Of a stretch of DNA of 64,000 nt, positions 23,439 to 33,019 are shown one piece after another (the stretch's first letter is position 1; every line of letters begins with the position of its first letter). The notes below the pieces were generated by a model, which was not told where the DNA came from, made no database searches, and saw only the letters and a program-made list of their open reading frames with translations. This stretch comes from Alphaproteobacteria bacterium (lineage in GTDB: Bacteria > Pseudomonadota > Alphaproteobacteria > SP197): positions 1,786 through 65,785 of the forward strand of contig SHVY01000007.1 in assembly GCA_009694045.1 (NCBI GenBank), written 5' to 3'. Made by a program: the position numbers and the translations under genes.

Positions 23439-25313
23439 TTGGCCGAAGCGGAGAGCCGAAGCGACGCGTTTCGCCGGGTGCTCGCGGCCGCCACCCGGGC
23501 GATCGCCGCCGACCCGGCGACCGAGGTGGCCTTCGTCGCCGGCGATCCGGCCCTCGCCGGGGTCCAGGTTCGCCTGCGCGTGCCCCCCTCGCCCCTGGAC
23601 GTGTCCGACATCGCCCTCTTGCGCGGCGAGGCCGATGCGTTGGCGTTGCGCATCCGCCATCACAATCCCGTCACCCACGCGCGCCGCCAGCCGAAGGGCG
23701 AGGTCGCCCGCGCCATCTTCGACGCGGTGGAACAGGCGCGGGTCGAGGCCCTGGGCGCCCGGCTGATGTCCGGCGTCGCCGCCAACCTGTCGGCCGCGCT
23801 CGAGACCCAATGTCGCGCGAAGGGGCTCGATCGCGCCAAGACCATCGACAACGCGAGCCTTCCCGACGTCGTCCGCCTGCTCGCACGCGAACATCTGACC
23901 GGCGCGCCGCCGCCGGATGCCGCGCGGGCTCTGGTCGACGTCTGCCGGCCATGGATCGAGGGCAAGGCCGCGCGCCGCTTCGCCGAGCTCGATCGGCTCG
24001 CCGGGGATCAGGACGCCTACGGCCGCGCCACCCGCGAGCTGCTGGCCGATCTCAACCTGCTCGACAAGGAGATGGAGGGGCCGGATCAGACCGACGCCCA
24101 GTCGGCGGACCAGCAGAGCGAACAGGGCGAAAGCCAGGGCGAGGGCGAAGGCGAGCAGAGCCAGTCCGCGACCGACGACAGCGCCGATTCGACCAGCACC
24201 GAGGGCGACAGCGGCGAGGACGGCGACGAGGCCCAGGCCAGCGAAGCGGACGACGATCAGATGGCCACGGGCGGGGCCGAGGACGCCGAAACCGCCGGCA
24301 AGGTGCGCTACCCGCATGGGCGCGGCGACAACCGGCCGAAGCAGCCGGCGTACCGCGCCTACACCCAGCAGTTCGACGAAACCACCAAGGCCGAGGATAT
24401 GTGCGATGCCCTGGAGCTCGGCCGCCTGCGCGCCCAGCTCGATCAGCAGCTCGTCCATCTCAAGGGCGTCACCTCGAAGCTCGCGAACCGCCTGCAACGG
24501 CGCCTGATGGCGCAACAGACGCGGTCCTGGGAATTCGATCTGGACGAAGGCCTGCTCGATACCGCGCGGCTGTCCCGGATCGTGGTCAACCCGGAGCTGC
24601 CGCTGTCGTTCAAGCGCGAACGCGAAACCGACTTCCGCGACACGATCGTCACGCTGCTGATCGACAACTCGGGCTCGATGCGCGGCCGCCCGATCAGCGT
24701 GGCGGCGATGAGCGCCGACATCCTGGCCCGCACCCTCGAACGCTGCGGGGTCAAGGTCGAGATCCTGGGCTTCACCACCCGCACCTGGAAGGGTGGCCGC
24801 TCGCGCGAACACTGGCTCGCCAACGGCAAGGCGCAATCCCCTGGGCGCCTGAACGACCTGCGCCACATCATCTACAAGCCGGCCGACGCGCCCTGGCGCC
24901 GGACCCGCAAGAACCTCGGCCTCATGCTGCGCGAAGGCCTGCTCAAGGAGAACATCGACGGCGAGGCCCTGCTATGGGCGCACCAGCGGCTGATCGCCCG
25001 GACCGAGCAGCGGCGCATCCTGATGGTCATCTCGGACGGCGCGCCGGTCGACGATTCGACGCTGTCGGTGAACCCCGGGAACTATCTGGAGCGGCACCTG
25101 CGGGAGGTCATCGCCTGGATCGAGGCGGTCTCGCCGGTCCAGCTCATCGCCATCGGCATCGGCCACGACGTGACGCGGTACTATCGCCGCGCCGTCACCA
25201 TCGTCGATGCCGAACAGCTCGGCGGCATCATGCTGGACGAGCTCGCGTCCCTGTTCGAGAACGAGGAGGTCGCCCGCGCCCACCAGGTCGGGCGCCGGAG
25301 CACCGCCCACTGA
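23439..25313 (+). CDS. cobT: Cobaltochelatase subunit CobT (acidic linker + vWA domain)
   Basis: [10 protein letters not shown], acidic linker, [41 protein letters not shown]. Confidence 0.96.
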   Translation: MAEAESRSDAFRRVLAAATRAIAADPATEVAFVAGDPALAGVQVRLRVPPSPLDVSDIALLRGEADALALRIRHHNPVTHARRQPKGEVARAIFDAVEQARVEALGARLMSGVAANLSAALETQCRAKGLDRAKTIDNASLPDVVRLLAREHLTGAPPPDAARALVDVCRPWIEGKAARRFAELDRLAGDQDAYGRATRELLADLNLLDKEMEGPDQTDAQSADQQSEQGESQGEGEGEQSQSATDDSADSTSTEGDSGEDGDEAQASEADDDQMATGGAEDAETAGKVRYPHGRGDNRPKQPAYRAYTQQFDETTKAEDMCDALELGRLRAQLDQQLVHLKGVTSKLANRLQRRLMAQQTRSWEFDLDEGLLDTARLSRIVVNPELPLSFKRERETDFRDTIVTLLIDNSGSMRGRPISVAAMSADILARTLERCGVKVEILGFTTRTWKGGRSREHWLANGKAQSPGRLNDLRHIIYKPADAPWRRTRKNLGLMLREGLLKENIDGEALLWAHQRLIARTEQRRILMVISDGAPVDDSTLSVNPGNYLERHLREVIAWIEAVSPVQLIAIGIGHDVTRYYRRAVTIVDAEQLGGIMLDELASLFENEEVARAHQVGRRSTAH

Positions 25314-25320
25314 CGGCCGC

Positions 25321-25926
25321 TCACACCTCGGATCGCGCCTTGCCGACCAGGTCCCGCAGGGTGTCGAGGGACACGGCGCCCGGGATCACGGCCTGGCCCA
25401 CCACGAAGCCGGGCGTCCCGGTCAGGCCCAGCGCCGACGCCAGCTCGTCGTTCCGCGCCAGCATGGCGGTGACCCGGTCCGAATCGCGATCGGCCTCGTA
25501 CCGGGCCATGTCCAGGCCGAGGTCCCGGGCCAGCTCCGACAACCCGTCGCGCCCGGCTTGAACCTCGCCCTGCATCAATCGCCAGTGAACGGCCGCGTAT
25601 TGCCCTTGCAGGTGCGCGGCCAGGGCGCCACGCGCCGCCTCCACGGACTTCGCGCCCAGGATCGGCCATTCCTTCATCACCAGGCGCACCCCGGAATCCT
25701 CGGCTGCGAGGGTGTCCAGGTCGGCGGCGGACCGGCGGCAGTACGGGCAGCGGTAGTCGAAGAACTCGACCACGGCCACGTCGCCGTTCGGATTGCCGAG
25801 GATGGGCGTATCCGGATCATGGAACAGTGCCGCCGTCATGGCGTCCTCGCCCTCGGCCCGGACGATGGGCGGGCGGGCGACGACCAGCGCCGCGGCGATC
25901 CCCAGGACATGGCGTCGGTGCATCAT
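25321..25926 (-). CDS. DsbA family thioredoxin-like protein
   Basis: GNPNGD...EFFDYRCPYC, KEWPILG, GTPGF. Confidence 0.92.
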   Translation of the reverse strand: MMHRRHVLGIAAALVVARPPIVRAEGEDAMTAALFHDPDTPILGNPNGDVAVVEFFDYRCPYCRRSAADLDTLAAEDSGVRLVMKEWPILGAKSVEAARGALAAHLQGQYAAVHWRLMQGEVQAGRDGLSELARDLGLDMARYEADRDSDRVTAMLARNDELASALGLTGTPGFVVGQAVIPGAVSLDTLRDLVGKARSEV

Positions 25927-25941
25927 GATCGGATCCCGCTG

Positions 25942-26673
25942 CTACAGATTGGCGCCGAGGAACGCGAGCGTCCGTTCCCACGCCAGGTTGGCGTCGGCGC
26001 CGTCGTAGCGGCCGCCGGTCGGGTTGGCGAAGGCGTGGTCGGCCTCGTACCAATGAATCTCGGCGGATTTCCCGGCTGCGGCCGTGGCCTGGGTGAAGCC
26101 GTCCACCATCGCCTGGTTGATCCATTGGTCCTGGGTGGCGAAGTGGCCCTGCACCGGTCCGGCGAGGGGCGCCAACTCGGCCGCGGTCTTGGCGACGTTT
26201 CCGTAGTAGATGACCGTCGCGTCGACCGGCCGCGCGAGGCCCGCCTGCAACGACCAGCCGCCGCCGAAGCGCCAGCCGACGGTCCCGACCTTGCCCGTGC
26301 AGTCCGGCTGGCCGCGCAGCCAATCGATCCAGGCCACGAGGGTCTCGGTCGCGACCGCCGGATCGACGGCGCCCATCAAGGCCTTCGCCGCGTCGGGCGT
26401 GGTCGCCACCCCGCCGCCGTAGAGATCGACGGCGAGCGCCAGGTAGCCCGCGTCGGCCAGGGTGGCGGCGACCGCCTTGATCTGGTCGTTGAGGCCCCAC
26501 CATTCGTGGATCAGCACAACCGTCGCGGCCGGACGACCGAGGGCGGCGGCGACGTCATGGCCCCCCGCCGTCGTGATCGCCACGTCCTCGAGGGTCGCCC
26601 CGGCGGCCCCGGCGCGGCGCGGGTCCAGGAGAACCGCGGCCAGGGGTCGAGCGAGCGTCGATGACAGAGTCAC
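25942..26673 (-). CDS. Dienelactone hydrolase family protein, catalytic Cys replaced by Arg; start uncertain
   Basis: IHEWWGLN, GWRFGGG (canonical GWCFGGG), YEADHAFANP. Confidence 0.85.
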   Translation of the reverse strand: MTLSSTLARPLAAVLLDPRRAGAAGATLEDVAITTAGGHDVAAALGRPAATVVLIHEWWGLNDQIKAVAATLADAGYLALAVDLYGGGVATTPDAAKALMGAVDPAVATETLVAWIDWLRGQPDCTGKVGTVGWRFGGGWSLQAGLARPVDATVIYYGNVAKTAAELAPLAGPVQGHFATQDQWINQAMVDGFTQATAAAGKSAEIHWYEADHAFANPTGGRYDGADANLAWERTLAFLGANL

Positions 26674-26719
26674 GGGCCATCTCCTTGCGGTTGGCGCCAG
26701 TCTACCGGGTCCTGGTTGC

Positions 26720-27679
26720 ATGAGGCAGGGTCATCGCGCGGCTATCACGGGGTTGTTATGGGCGCTTGTGGCCGGTCCGCTGCTGGCCGACGACGCCTTC
26801 GACGCGCGCCGGATACCGCTCGATCCGCGCGATGTCGCGGCGCGGACGGTCGGCTCCCTCACGTTTCTCGCCGGATTCCAGCTCGATGGCATCGCGCCTG
26901 GCTTCGGTGGCCTTTCCAGCCTCGCGATCGAACCCGACGGCGGCAGCCTGATCGCGGTCGGCGACCGCGGGATCTGGGTCGAGATCGCCCTGCAGCACGA
27001 CGCCGACGGCCGCTTGACCGGACTGGGTCGGGCCTCGCTCCACCGCCTCCTCGGGGCCGACGGCGCGCCGCTGTCCACCGCCGACCGCGACGCCGAGGGA
27101 CTGACGCGCCTGGCCGACGGCGGCTATGCGGTGAGCTTCGAGCATCGCCACCGGATCGACCTCTACCCCCAGGGCCTGGGCGGTCCGGCGCGACTCTTCG
27201 TGCCGCAAGGCGCCCTGCCGCGGATGCTCGCCAACGAAGGCCTGGAGGCGATCGCCGCCCTGCCCGATGGCCGGCTCGTGGCCCTGGTCGAGGCCGCCAC
27301 GACCACGGGTCTGCACGCCGGCTATGTGATCGCCCCGGACGGCACCCTGGCGGGGTTCCCCTATCAGACCCAGCCGGACTTCAAGCCGACCGACCTTGCC
27401 CGGTTGCCGGACGGCGATCTCCTGGTGCTGGAACGGAGCGCATCGCTGGTGTTCGGGTTCGCGGCGCGGTTGGTGAGGGTATCTTTCGCATTATTCCGGC
27501 CAGGCTCGGTCCTCATCGGCACCGAACTCGGGGTCGTGAGGCCGCCAAACAACGTCGATAACTTCGAGGGACTGGCCGTGCGCGCCGATGCGGCCGGCGG
27601 GACCCTGGTCTACATCCTCTCCGACGACAATTTTAATCCACTGCAACGGACCTTGTTGCTGCAGTTCCGTTTGGACTAA
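26720..27679 (+). CDS. Esterase-like activity of phytase family protein (exported beta-propeller)
   Basis: Signal peptide, FGGLS, DRG, DAEG, N.GLEA, DNFEGL, SDDNFNPLQRTLLLQF. Confidence 0.88.
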   Translation: MRQGHRAAITGLLWALVAGPLLADDAFDARRIPLDPRDVAARTVGSLTFLAGFQLDGIAPGFGGLSSLAIEPDGGSLIAVGDRGIWVEIALQHDADGRLTGLGRASLHRLLGADGAPLSTADRDAEGLTRLADGGYAVSFEHRHRIDLYPQGLGGPARLFVPQGALPRMLANEGLEAIAALPDGRLVALVEAATTTGLHAGYVIAPDGTLAGFPYQTQPDFKPTDLARLPDGDLLVLERSASLVFGFAARLVRVSFALFRPGSVLIGTELGVVRPPNNVDNFEGLAVRADAAGGTLVYILSDDNFNPLQRTLLLQFRLD

Positions 27680-28175
27680 ACCAGCCCATCAAGGCCCGAT
27701 AAGGCGCCAAACAGGCCAGCGCCGTGACGATCTTGACCCCGTAATCGCCCACCGCCCAGGTGACCCAGGGCAGCCCGGTCGCCGCGAAGGCCAACCCGAA
27801 GAACAGCGCCGTATCCACGCCCGAGGACAGGAACGTCGAGACCAGCGGCGCCCGCCACCAAACCTGCCGCCGCAGCCGGTCGAACACCCAGACGTCCAGG
27901 AGCTGTCCGCCGAGGAACGCGAGGCCCGAGGCGAGCCCGATCCGCCAACCGGCGAGGTAGATCGACAGCGCGGCGCCATAGGCGAAGCCGACCACCACCA
28001 CCCGGCGCGCGGCGGCCGGGCCGAACGCCCGATTGGTCAGGTCGGTGACGAGAAAGCAGAGCGGAAAGGTGAACGCGGCCCAGGTGAGCCAATCGTTGAT
28101 CGGGTACTGGACGACGACATTCGACACCACGATGAGGGCGACCATGGCCGCCATCGGCACCCAGAGCGGGCGCAT
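27633..28175 (-). CDS. VUT/YhhQ family queuosine-precursor transporter
   Basis: SNVVVQ, FLVTDLTNR.FG, QLLDV..F, DTALFF..AF. Confidence 0.88.
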   Translation of the reverse strand: MRPLWVPMAAMVALIVVSNVVVQYPINDWLTWAAFTFPLCFLVTDLTNRAFGPAAARRVVVVGFAYGAALSIYLAGWRIGLASGLAFLGGQLLDVWVFDRLRRQVWWRAPLVSTFLSSGVDTALFFGLAFAATGLPWVTWAVGDYGVKIVTALACLAPYRALMGWFSPNGTAATRSVAVD

Positions 28176-28200
28176 CTCCCGCGGGGCCGTGCCCTGGGAC

Positions 28201-28491
28201 TCAGCCCACCGCCGCGAGGCGGCGCTGGATGCGGCGCTTGAGTCGGAGAATCTCGGGCGTCAGTTCGCGGTTACGGGCGCGCAGAAGGAAGGCGTCCAGG
28301 CCGCCCGTACGATCGACCGTGGACATGGCACGGGGCGTCAGCCGCAGGCTGATGGACTGGCCCAACGCGTCCGAAAGCAGGGACACGGGCTGGAGATTCG
28401 GCAGGAATCGCCGCCGACTGCGGTTCTTGGCGTGGCTTACGTTGTTGCCCGCCAGAACGCCGGTACCGGTCAGATCGCAGCGCCGAGACAT
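28201..28491 (-). CDS. rpmB: 50S ribosomal protein L28
   Basis: MSRRCDLTG....GNNVSHA.N.SRRRFLPNLQ. Confidence 0.97.
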   Translation of the reverse strand: MSRRCDLTGTGVLAGNNVSHAKNRSRRRFLPNLQPVSLLSDALGQSISLRLTPRAMSTVDRTGGLDAFLLRARNRELTPEILRLKRRIQRRLAAVG

Positions 28492-28579
28492 GGCATTCGT
28501 TCCTTGGCTGTTCGCGCCCGTGTGAGCGGCAAGCGGGCTGTGTAGGCCGGGAGCCCGCCCCAGGTCAAGCCCCGCCTGC

Positions 28580-28951
28580 TCAGGGATGCAGCAGGAAATC
28601 CTCGTAGAACTCGCCGTAGTCGCAGGTCAACTCCTCGCCGTCGGCGATGTCCCGCGTGGCGATCGAGACCCAGGAGCTGTTCTCGGTGTTCGGCTCGGGG
28701 CTGTGATTCATGAACTTGCCGTTGTCGGCATCGAGCATCAGGTTGCCGCCGACCAACGGCGAGGGATAGGCATAGATTTTCAGGAACGCCTTGGCCGCCT
28801 CGGGCAGCGTGTCCACGTGGTGCAGCGGTATCACGATGTCGAACAGGGGTTCGAAACGCCAGACCACGGTCCCCTTGGCGATCCGCTCGGCGGCGAACAG
28901 CCCGCAGCCATGGATACTGCTGCGGCTGACGTGGGTGCGGACGAGCATCAT
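28580..28951 (-). CDS. SET domain protein
   Basis: SSIHG.GLFA, FMNHS.EPN, RDI..GEELTCDY. Confidence 0.92.
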   Translation of the reverse strand: MMLVRTHVSRSSIHGCGLFAAERIAKGTVVWRFEPLFDIVIPLHHVDTLPEAAKAFLKIYAYPSPLVGGNLMLDADNGKFMNHSPEPNTENSSWVSIATRDIADGEELTCDYGEFYEDFLLHP

Positions 28952-29012
28952 GGCGGCGGGGCCCGAACGACGCGAGGGACGGCCGCTGTTCGTAGAGCAA
29001 TCGTGGTCCACG

Positions 29013-30011
29013 TCAAGGACGCTTTGACGTCCTCGCGAGAAAGGCCTCGATCAGGGCTCGAGCACCGGCCCGGGGAGCAAGCCGATCGGCGGCGACGGCC
29101 TCCTCGAGATCGCGGGCAAGGTCGGCGATGCGGCGGTCGGCCCGCAAGGACGCGACCAGCTCAGCGCGGACCTCGGACCACAGGCGCGCCTTGGCCTGGT
29201 CCCGGCGCCGCGCCGCCCGCTCGGGCGCGGTGACGGCGAAGAAGTCGCCCATCGCGGCGGCGATCTCGGCGATGCCCGCGTCCGCGAGAGCAGCACAGCG
29301 CAGCACCCGCGGTCGCCAGCGCCCGGTGGCGCGCAGGAGCGGCAGGGCAGCCGCGTAGTCGGCCGCGAGGCGGCCCGCCGCCGGGGCCAGATCGCCGTCG
29401 TCCTTGGTCACGACGATCAGGTCCGCAGTCTCGACGATGCCACGCTTGAGCCCCTGCAGCTCGTCGCCGCCACCCGGCGCAATCAGCAGCAGCACCATAT
29501 CGACGATGTCGGACACGGCGATCTCGGACTGGCCGACGCCGACCGTCTCGACGATCACCATGTCGAATCCCGCCGCTTCGACCAGCCTAATCACCTCGGC
29601 GGTTCGCCCAGCCACGCCACCGAGCATGCCGGCCGATGCCGTCGGGCGGATGAAGGCGGCCGGGGCCCGCGCCAGCCGTTCCATCCGGGTCTTGTCGCCG
29701 AGAATCGCCCCGCCCGACCGCGGACTGGACGGATCGATGGCGAGCACCGCCGGCCGGCGCCCCCGCGCGATCAGGAACAGTCCGAAGGCCTCGATGAAGG
29801 TGGATTTTCCGGCCCCCGGCGATCCCGAAACACCGATCCGGCGCACCTCGGGCACCGGGCCAAGGGCGGCGAACAGGGCCTCGATCGGGCTCTCGTCCTC
29901 GAGTCGCGTGGACTCGACCAGGGTGATGGCACGGGCCAGCGCCCGGCGATCGCCCGCCCGCACACGATCCGCAAGCCCCTGATGGTCCGTCGTCCCGCTA
30001 TCCTCGGACAT
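29013..30011 (-). CDS. meaB: Methylmalonyl-CoA mutase-associated GTPase MeaB
   Basis: GSPGAGKST, DPSS.RSGGAILGDKTRM, ETVGVGQSE, GDELQG.K.G. Confidence 0.94.
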   Translation of the reverse strand: MSEDSGTTDHQGLADRVRAGDRRALARAITLVESTRLEDESPIEALFAALGPVPEVRRIGVSGSPGAGKSTFIEAFGLFLIARGRRPAVLAIDPSSPRSGGAILGDKTRMERLARAPAAFIRPTASAGMLGGVAGRTAEVIRLVEAAGFDMVIVETVGVGQSEIAVSDIVDMVLLLIAPGGGDELQGLKRGIVETADLIVVTKDDGDLAPAAGRLAADYAAALPLLRATGRWRPRVLRCAALADAGIAEIAAAMGDFFAVTAPERAARRRDQAKARLWSEVRAELVASLRADRRIADLARDLEEAVAADRLAPRAGARALIEAFLARTSKRP

Positions 30012-30072
30012 CGCCTTCGCCCACATCTGGCCGGCAAGTGTAGCGTGCCGTGGGCCGGGCCGAGCACCCTTC

Positions 30073-30571
30073 TTAGGCGCCCGCCAATGCCGCAACGGCC
30101 CTGTGCCGGCCGAGCAGCCGGGTTTCCTCCAGCGGCGTCAGGTTCTCGTCGATGACGGTCCGTGCGGCCCGGTCGGCGCCGTGGGAAAGCAGGAGCCCAA
30201 TCATGGTGTCGTCGTCGTGCGCCGCCGCCCAGTGCAGCGGCGTGTAGTTGTTCACGCCGCGTTGCTCCACGTCGGCCCCGCGCGCCAGCAGGAGTTCGAT
30301 CACCGCCGCACGGTCCGGCCGGTTGCTGGACAAGGCGGCGATCAGGGACGGGAACCCGGCGTGGTCGCCGTAGTTCGGATCGGCGCCCAGGTCGAGGAGG
30401 TCGCTAATGCCGGCAAAGGGGCTGTGGTAGATCGCGTATTCGAGGGGAACTTCGGCGATGCCCAGGGGATCGCGCACGTTGGGGAACCCGAAAGGATCGC
30501 CCGTCAGACGGCGAATCGCGGCGATGTCCCCCTCGCACATAGGCGTCGTGCATCGCCAAGCGATCATCCAT
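30073..30571 (-). CDS. Ankyrin repeat protein; N-terminus appears frameshifted in a G run
   Basis: Ankyrin motifs LLDLGADPN, LLARGADV, YTPLHWAA. ATG at 30571 gives MDDRLAMHDAYVRG, which joins the main frame if one G of the run at 30528-30532 is removed. Confidence 0.8.
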
Positions 30572-30573
30572 GC

Positions 30574-32856
30574 CTACTTCGACGTCGCGATGTAGACGCC
30601 GTCCCAGCCCGGCCCCGGCGGATCGAGCTCGTAGGTGTCGATCCGTTCGTCGTACAGGTCGTAGAGGCCGTCCAGGCCGCCGTTCAGCTTACGGCAATTC
30701 GCGACGAAATCCCGCGCCGATCGCCAATCCTGCTGGCGGTAGGCGGCCAGCATGTCGCCGTGCAGGCGGCCAAGCTCCTGGAACTCGGGTGTGGCGTACA
30801 TCGTCGGATCCCCCAGCAGGGTGAAGATGCGTACCGCCTCCTTCTTGCCCTTCACCTTGATGAAGTCGATCTCGAGGGTGGCGAAGTCGGCGGCCTGGAC
30901 CTGAGTGTTCTGGCCGATGACGATGCCCACGCCATAGGTCTTGGATTGACCTTCGAGGCGCGACGCGAGGTTCACGTCGTCGCCGATCACCGAGTAGTCG
31001 AAGCGCTGGTCCGATCCCATGTTGCCGACGAAGCAATTGCCGGTGTTCACCCCGATGCCGACGTTGATCGGTACGAAGCGGCGCGACTGCGCCTCCGCCT
31101 CGGTCTTCAGGGCCTCGTTCAGCACGCGGGTGCGGGCGAGCATGGTCAGAGCCGTGTCGCAGGCGTGCCGAGCGTGGTTCTGGTCGATGATCGGCGCGTT
31201 CCAGAACGCCATGATGCAATCGCCCATGTATTTGTCGATGGTGCCGCCCTTCGACATGATGAGTTCGGTCATCGGCGTGAGGAAGCGGTTGATCAGGCGC
31301 ACCAGCCCTTGCGGGTCGGTCTTGTACAGTTCCGAGATCGAGGTGAACCCCCGGATGTCGCTGAACAGGAAGGTCATGACCCGCATGTCGCCGCCCAGCT
31401 TGAGCTGGTCCGGATTGTCGGCCAGTTGCTCGACCAGGGCCGGCGACAGGTAATGGGCGAAGGCCGTCCGCACCAGCCGCTTCTGCGCCTGCTCCTTCAC
31501 GTAGTTCATGTAGGTGAGCGCGGTGTACACCACGAACGTCGAGATCGCGGGGTAGGAGAGGTCGATGAGGAACCCCCGGCTCTGGAACATCCACCAGGAC
31601 ACCCCCACCAAGCCGCCGATGCTCACCACCGCGATGACCAAGCTCCACGCGGCGCCGATGAGGGGAATGAGGACCGTGAGCAGGACGCCGACGACCACGA
31701 TCGCTATGATCTCGATTCCATCGGAATAGTTCAGGCGCAAGAGGAAGGGCGAGTCGATCTTGTCGATCCGGCCCGCCGCCAATTGCTGGTTCTGGATGAA
31801 CTGATCGAGCATGATTTCCAGGAGCTGGGCGTGCACGTCCACCCCAGGGACGAAGGGATCGAGCGGGGTGGATTTGATATCGAGCAACCCCACGGCGGAG
31901 GTGCCGATCAAGGCGAAGGTGCCGGCCAACCGTTCAGCCGGCACCGTTCCGTCGAGGACATCCTTGGCCGAGATGTACACCTTGTCCTGACGCTCCGTGG
32001 AAAAGCGGGCGTAGCGCACCCAGAACCGCCCGTCGCTATCGACCGGAACTTCGAGCCCCTTGAACAACAGGCTGACGAGCCCGACGTCCGGATCCCACTT
32101 GATCCCCACGGTCGGTTGGCCCAGCGCCACCCGCAGCATTTCGATCGCGAGAGTCGGGTACTCCGTACCGTCCGGGGCGCGGAACACCAGCGGGACGTGG
32201 CGCACGATGCCGTCGACGTCACCATCGATGTTGAACACGCCGAGACCCTTGGCGGTCCTCTCCAGGACCTCGATGTTCCGGGTGATGCCGGGATTGGGGA
32301 GGATGAAGGTTTCGGGGTCGAGGTCCTTTGGCGCCGGGCGCGCACTCTTGAAGGCAAAGTTCATCTTGACCGCCGGCGGCCGCCCGGCGTTCGCCGGATT
32401 GTCCTCGTTGGTTGTCGATTGCCCAAGGACGACCAGCATCCGACCGATCGTCTGGGCAAACGCATCGTCGTTGCTGGGAAGAGTGCGCAGCTTGGCCGCG
32501 GTCTCCGGATCGAACTTCTCGACGATCTCGGCGAACTTGGCGGGTGACGTGCGATCCGGCTCGGGGAAAACGATGTCGAAGCCGACCACGCCGACACCCT
32601 TCGCGGCCAGCTTCTCAAGCAGCTCGGCGAGCAAAGTGCGTGACCACGGCCACTGGCCGTACTCGGTGAGAGATGCCTCGTCCAGGTCGATCACCCTGAC
32701 CTGATGGTCCTTGGCTTCGCGCGGCTTGACCGTCTGGTAGACGTCGAAGGTCTTGAGCCGCAGCACCTGTAACGGCACAGGATCCCAGACCCGCAACGCC
32801 ACGAGGCCGGCGATCAGCGCGCCGGCGAACAGGATCGTCGCGTACCAGGTCTTCAA
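30574..32856 (-). CDS. CHASE2-domain class III adenylate/guanylate cyclase
   Basis: GQWPWSR, FDIVFPEPDR (CHASE2); three TMs; FSDIRGFT, DKYMGDCIMAFW, GDDVNLASRLE. Confidence 0.95.
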   Translation of the reverse strand: MKTWYATILFAGALIAGLVALRVWDPVPLQVLRLKTFDVYQTVKPREAKDHQVRVIDLDEASLTEYGQWPWSRTLLAELLEKLAAKGVGVVGFDIVFPEPDRTSPAKFAEIVEKFDPETAAKLRTLPSNDDAFAQTIGRMLVVLGQSTTNEDNPANAGRPPAVKMNFAFKSARPAPKDLDPETFILPNPGITRNIEVLERTAKGLGVFNIDGDVDGIVRHVPLVFRAPDGTEYPTLAIEMLRVALGQPTVGIKWDPDVGLVSLLFKGLEVPVDSDGRFWVRYARFSTERQDKVYISAKDVLDGTVPAERLAGTFALIGTSAVGLLDIKSTPLDPFVPGVDVHAQLLEIMLDQFIQNQQLAAGRIDKIDSPFLLRLNYSDGIEIIAIVVVGVLLTVLIPLIGAAWSLVIAVVSIGGLVGVSWWMFQSRGFLIDLSYPAISTFVVYTALTYMNYVKEQAQKRLVRTAFAHYLSPALVEQLADNPDQLKLGGDMRVMTFLFSDIRGFTSISELYKTDPQGLVRLINRFLTPMTELIMSKGGTIDKYMGDCIMAFWNAPIIDQNHARHACDTALTMLARTRVLNEALKTEAEAQSRRFVPINVGIGVNTGNCFVGNMGSDQRFDYSVIGDDVNLASRLEGQSKTYGVGIVIGQNTQVQAADFATLEIDFIKVKGKKEAVRIFTLLGDPTMYATPEFQELGRLHGDMLAAYRQQDWRSARDFVANCRKLNGGLDGLYDLYDERIDTYELDPPGPGWDGVYIATSK

Positions 32857-33019
32857 CCGCCGGCCCCTTCCGCCCCCCCCGCCCGGACGGGCCCTTCGCT
32901 GGGCAACCGTCGCGTGGTCGGTGAACGCTTCCAGTTTACAGCAAACCCCGGCCAGTTGCGCGGGAGTCGCGTCCGCGTTGCTTCCCCTTTAACGATTGAA
33001 CTGGCAGACTCCGCCCCCC

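Noticed and set aside
28580..30571. SET and ankyrin genes as host-directed eukaryotic-like effectors
   Set aside because: Both are short, common bacterial types in housekeeping context, with no secretion signal seen.
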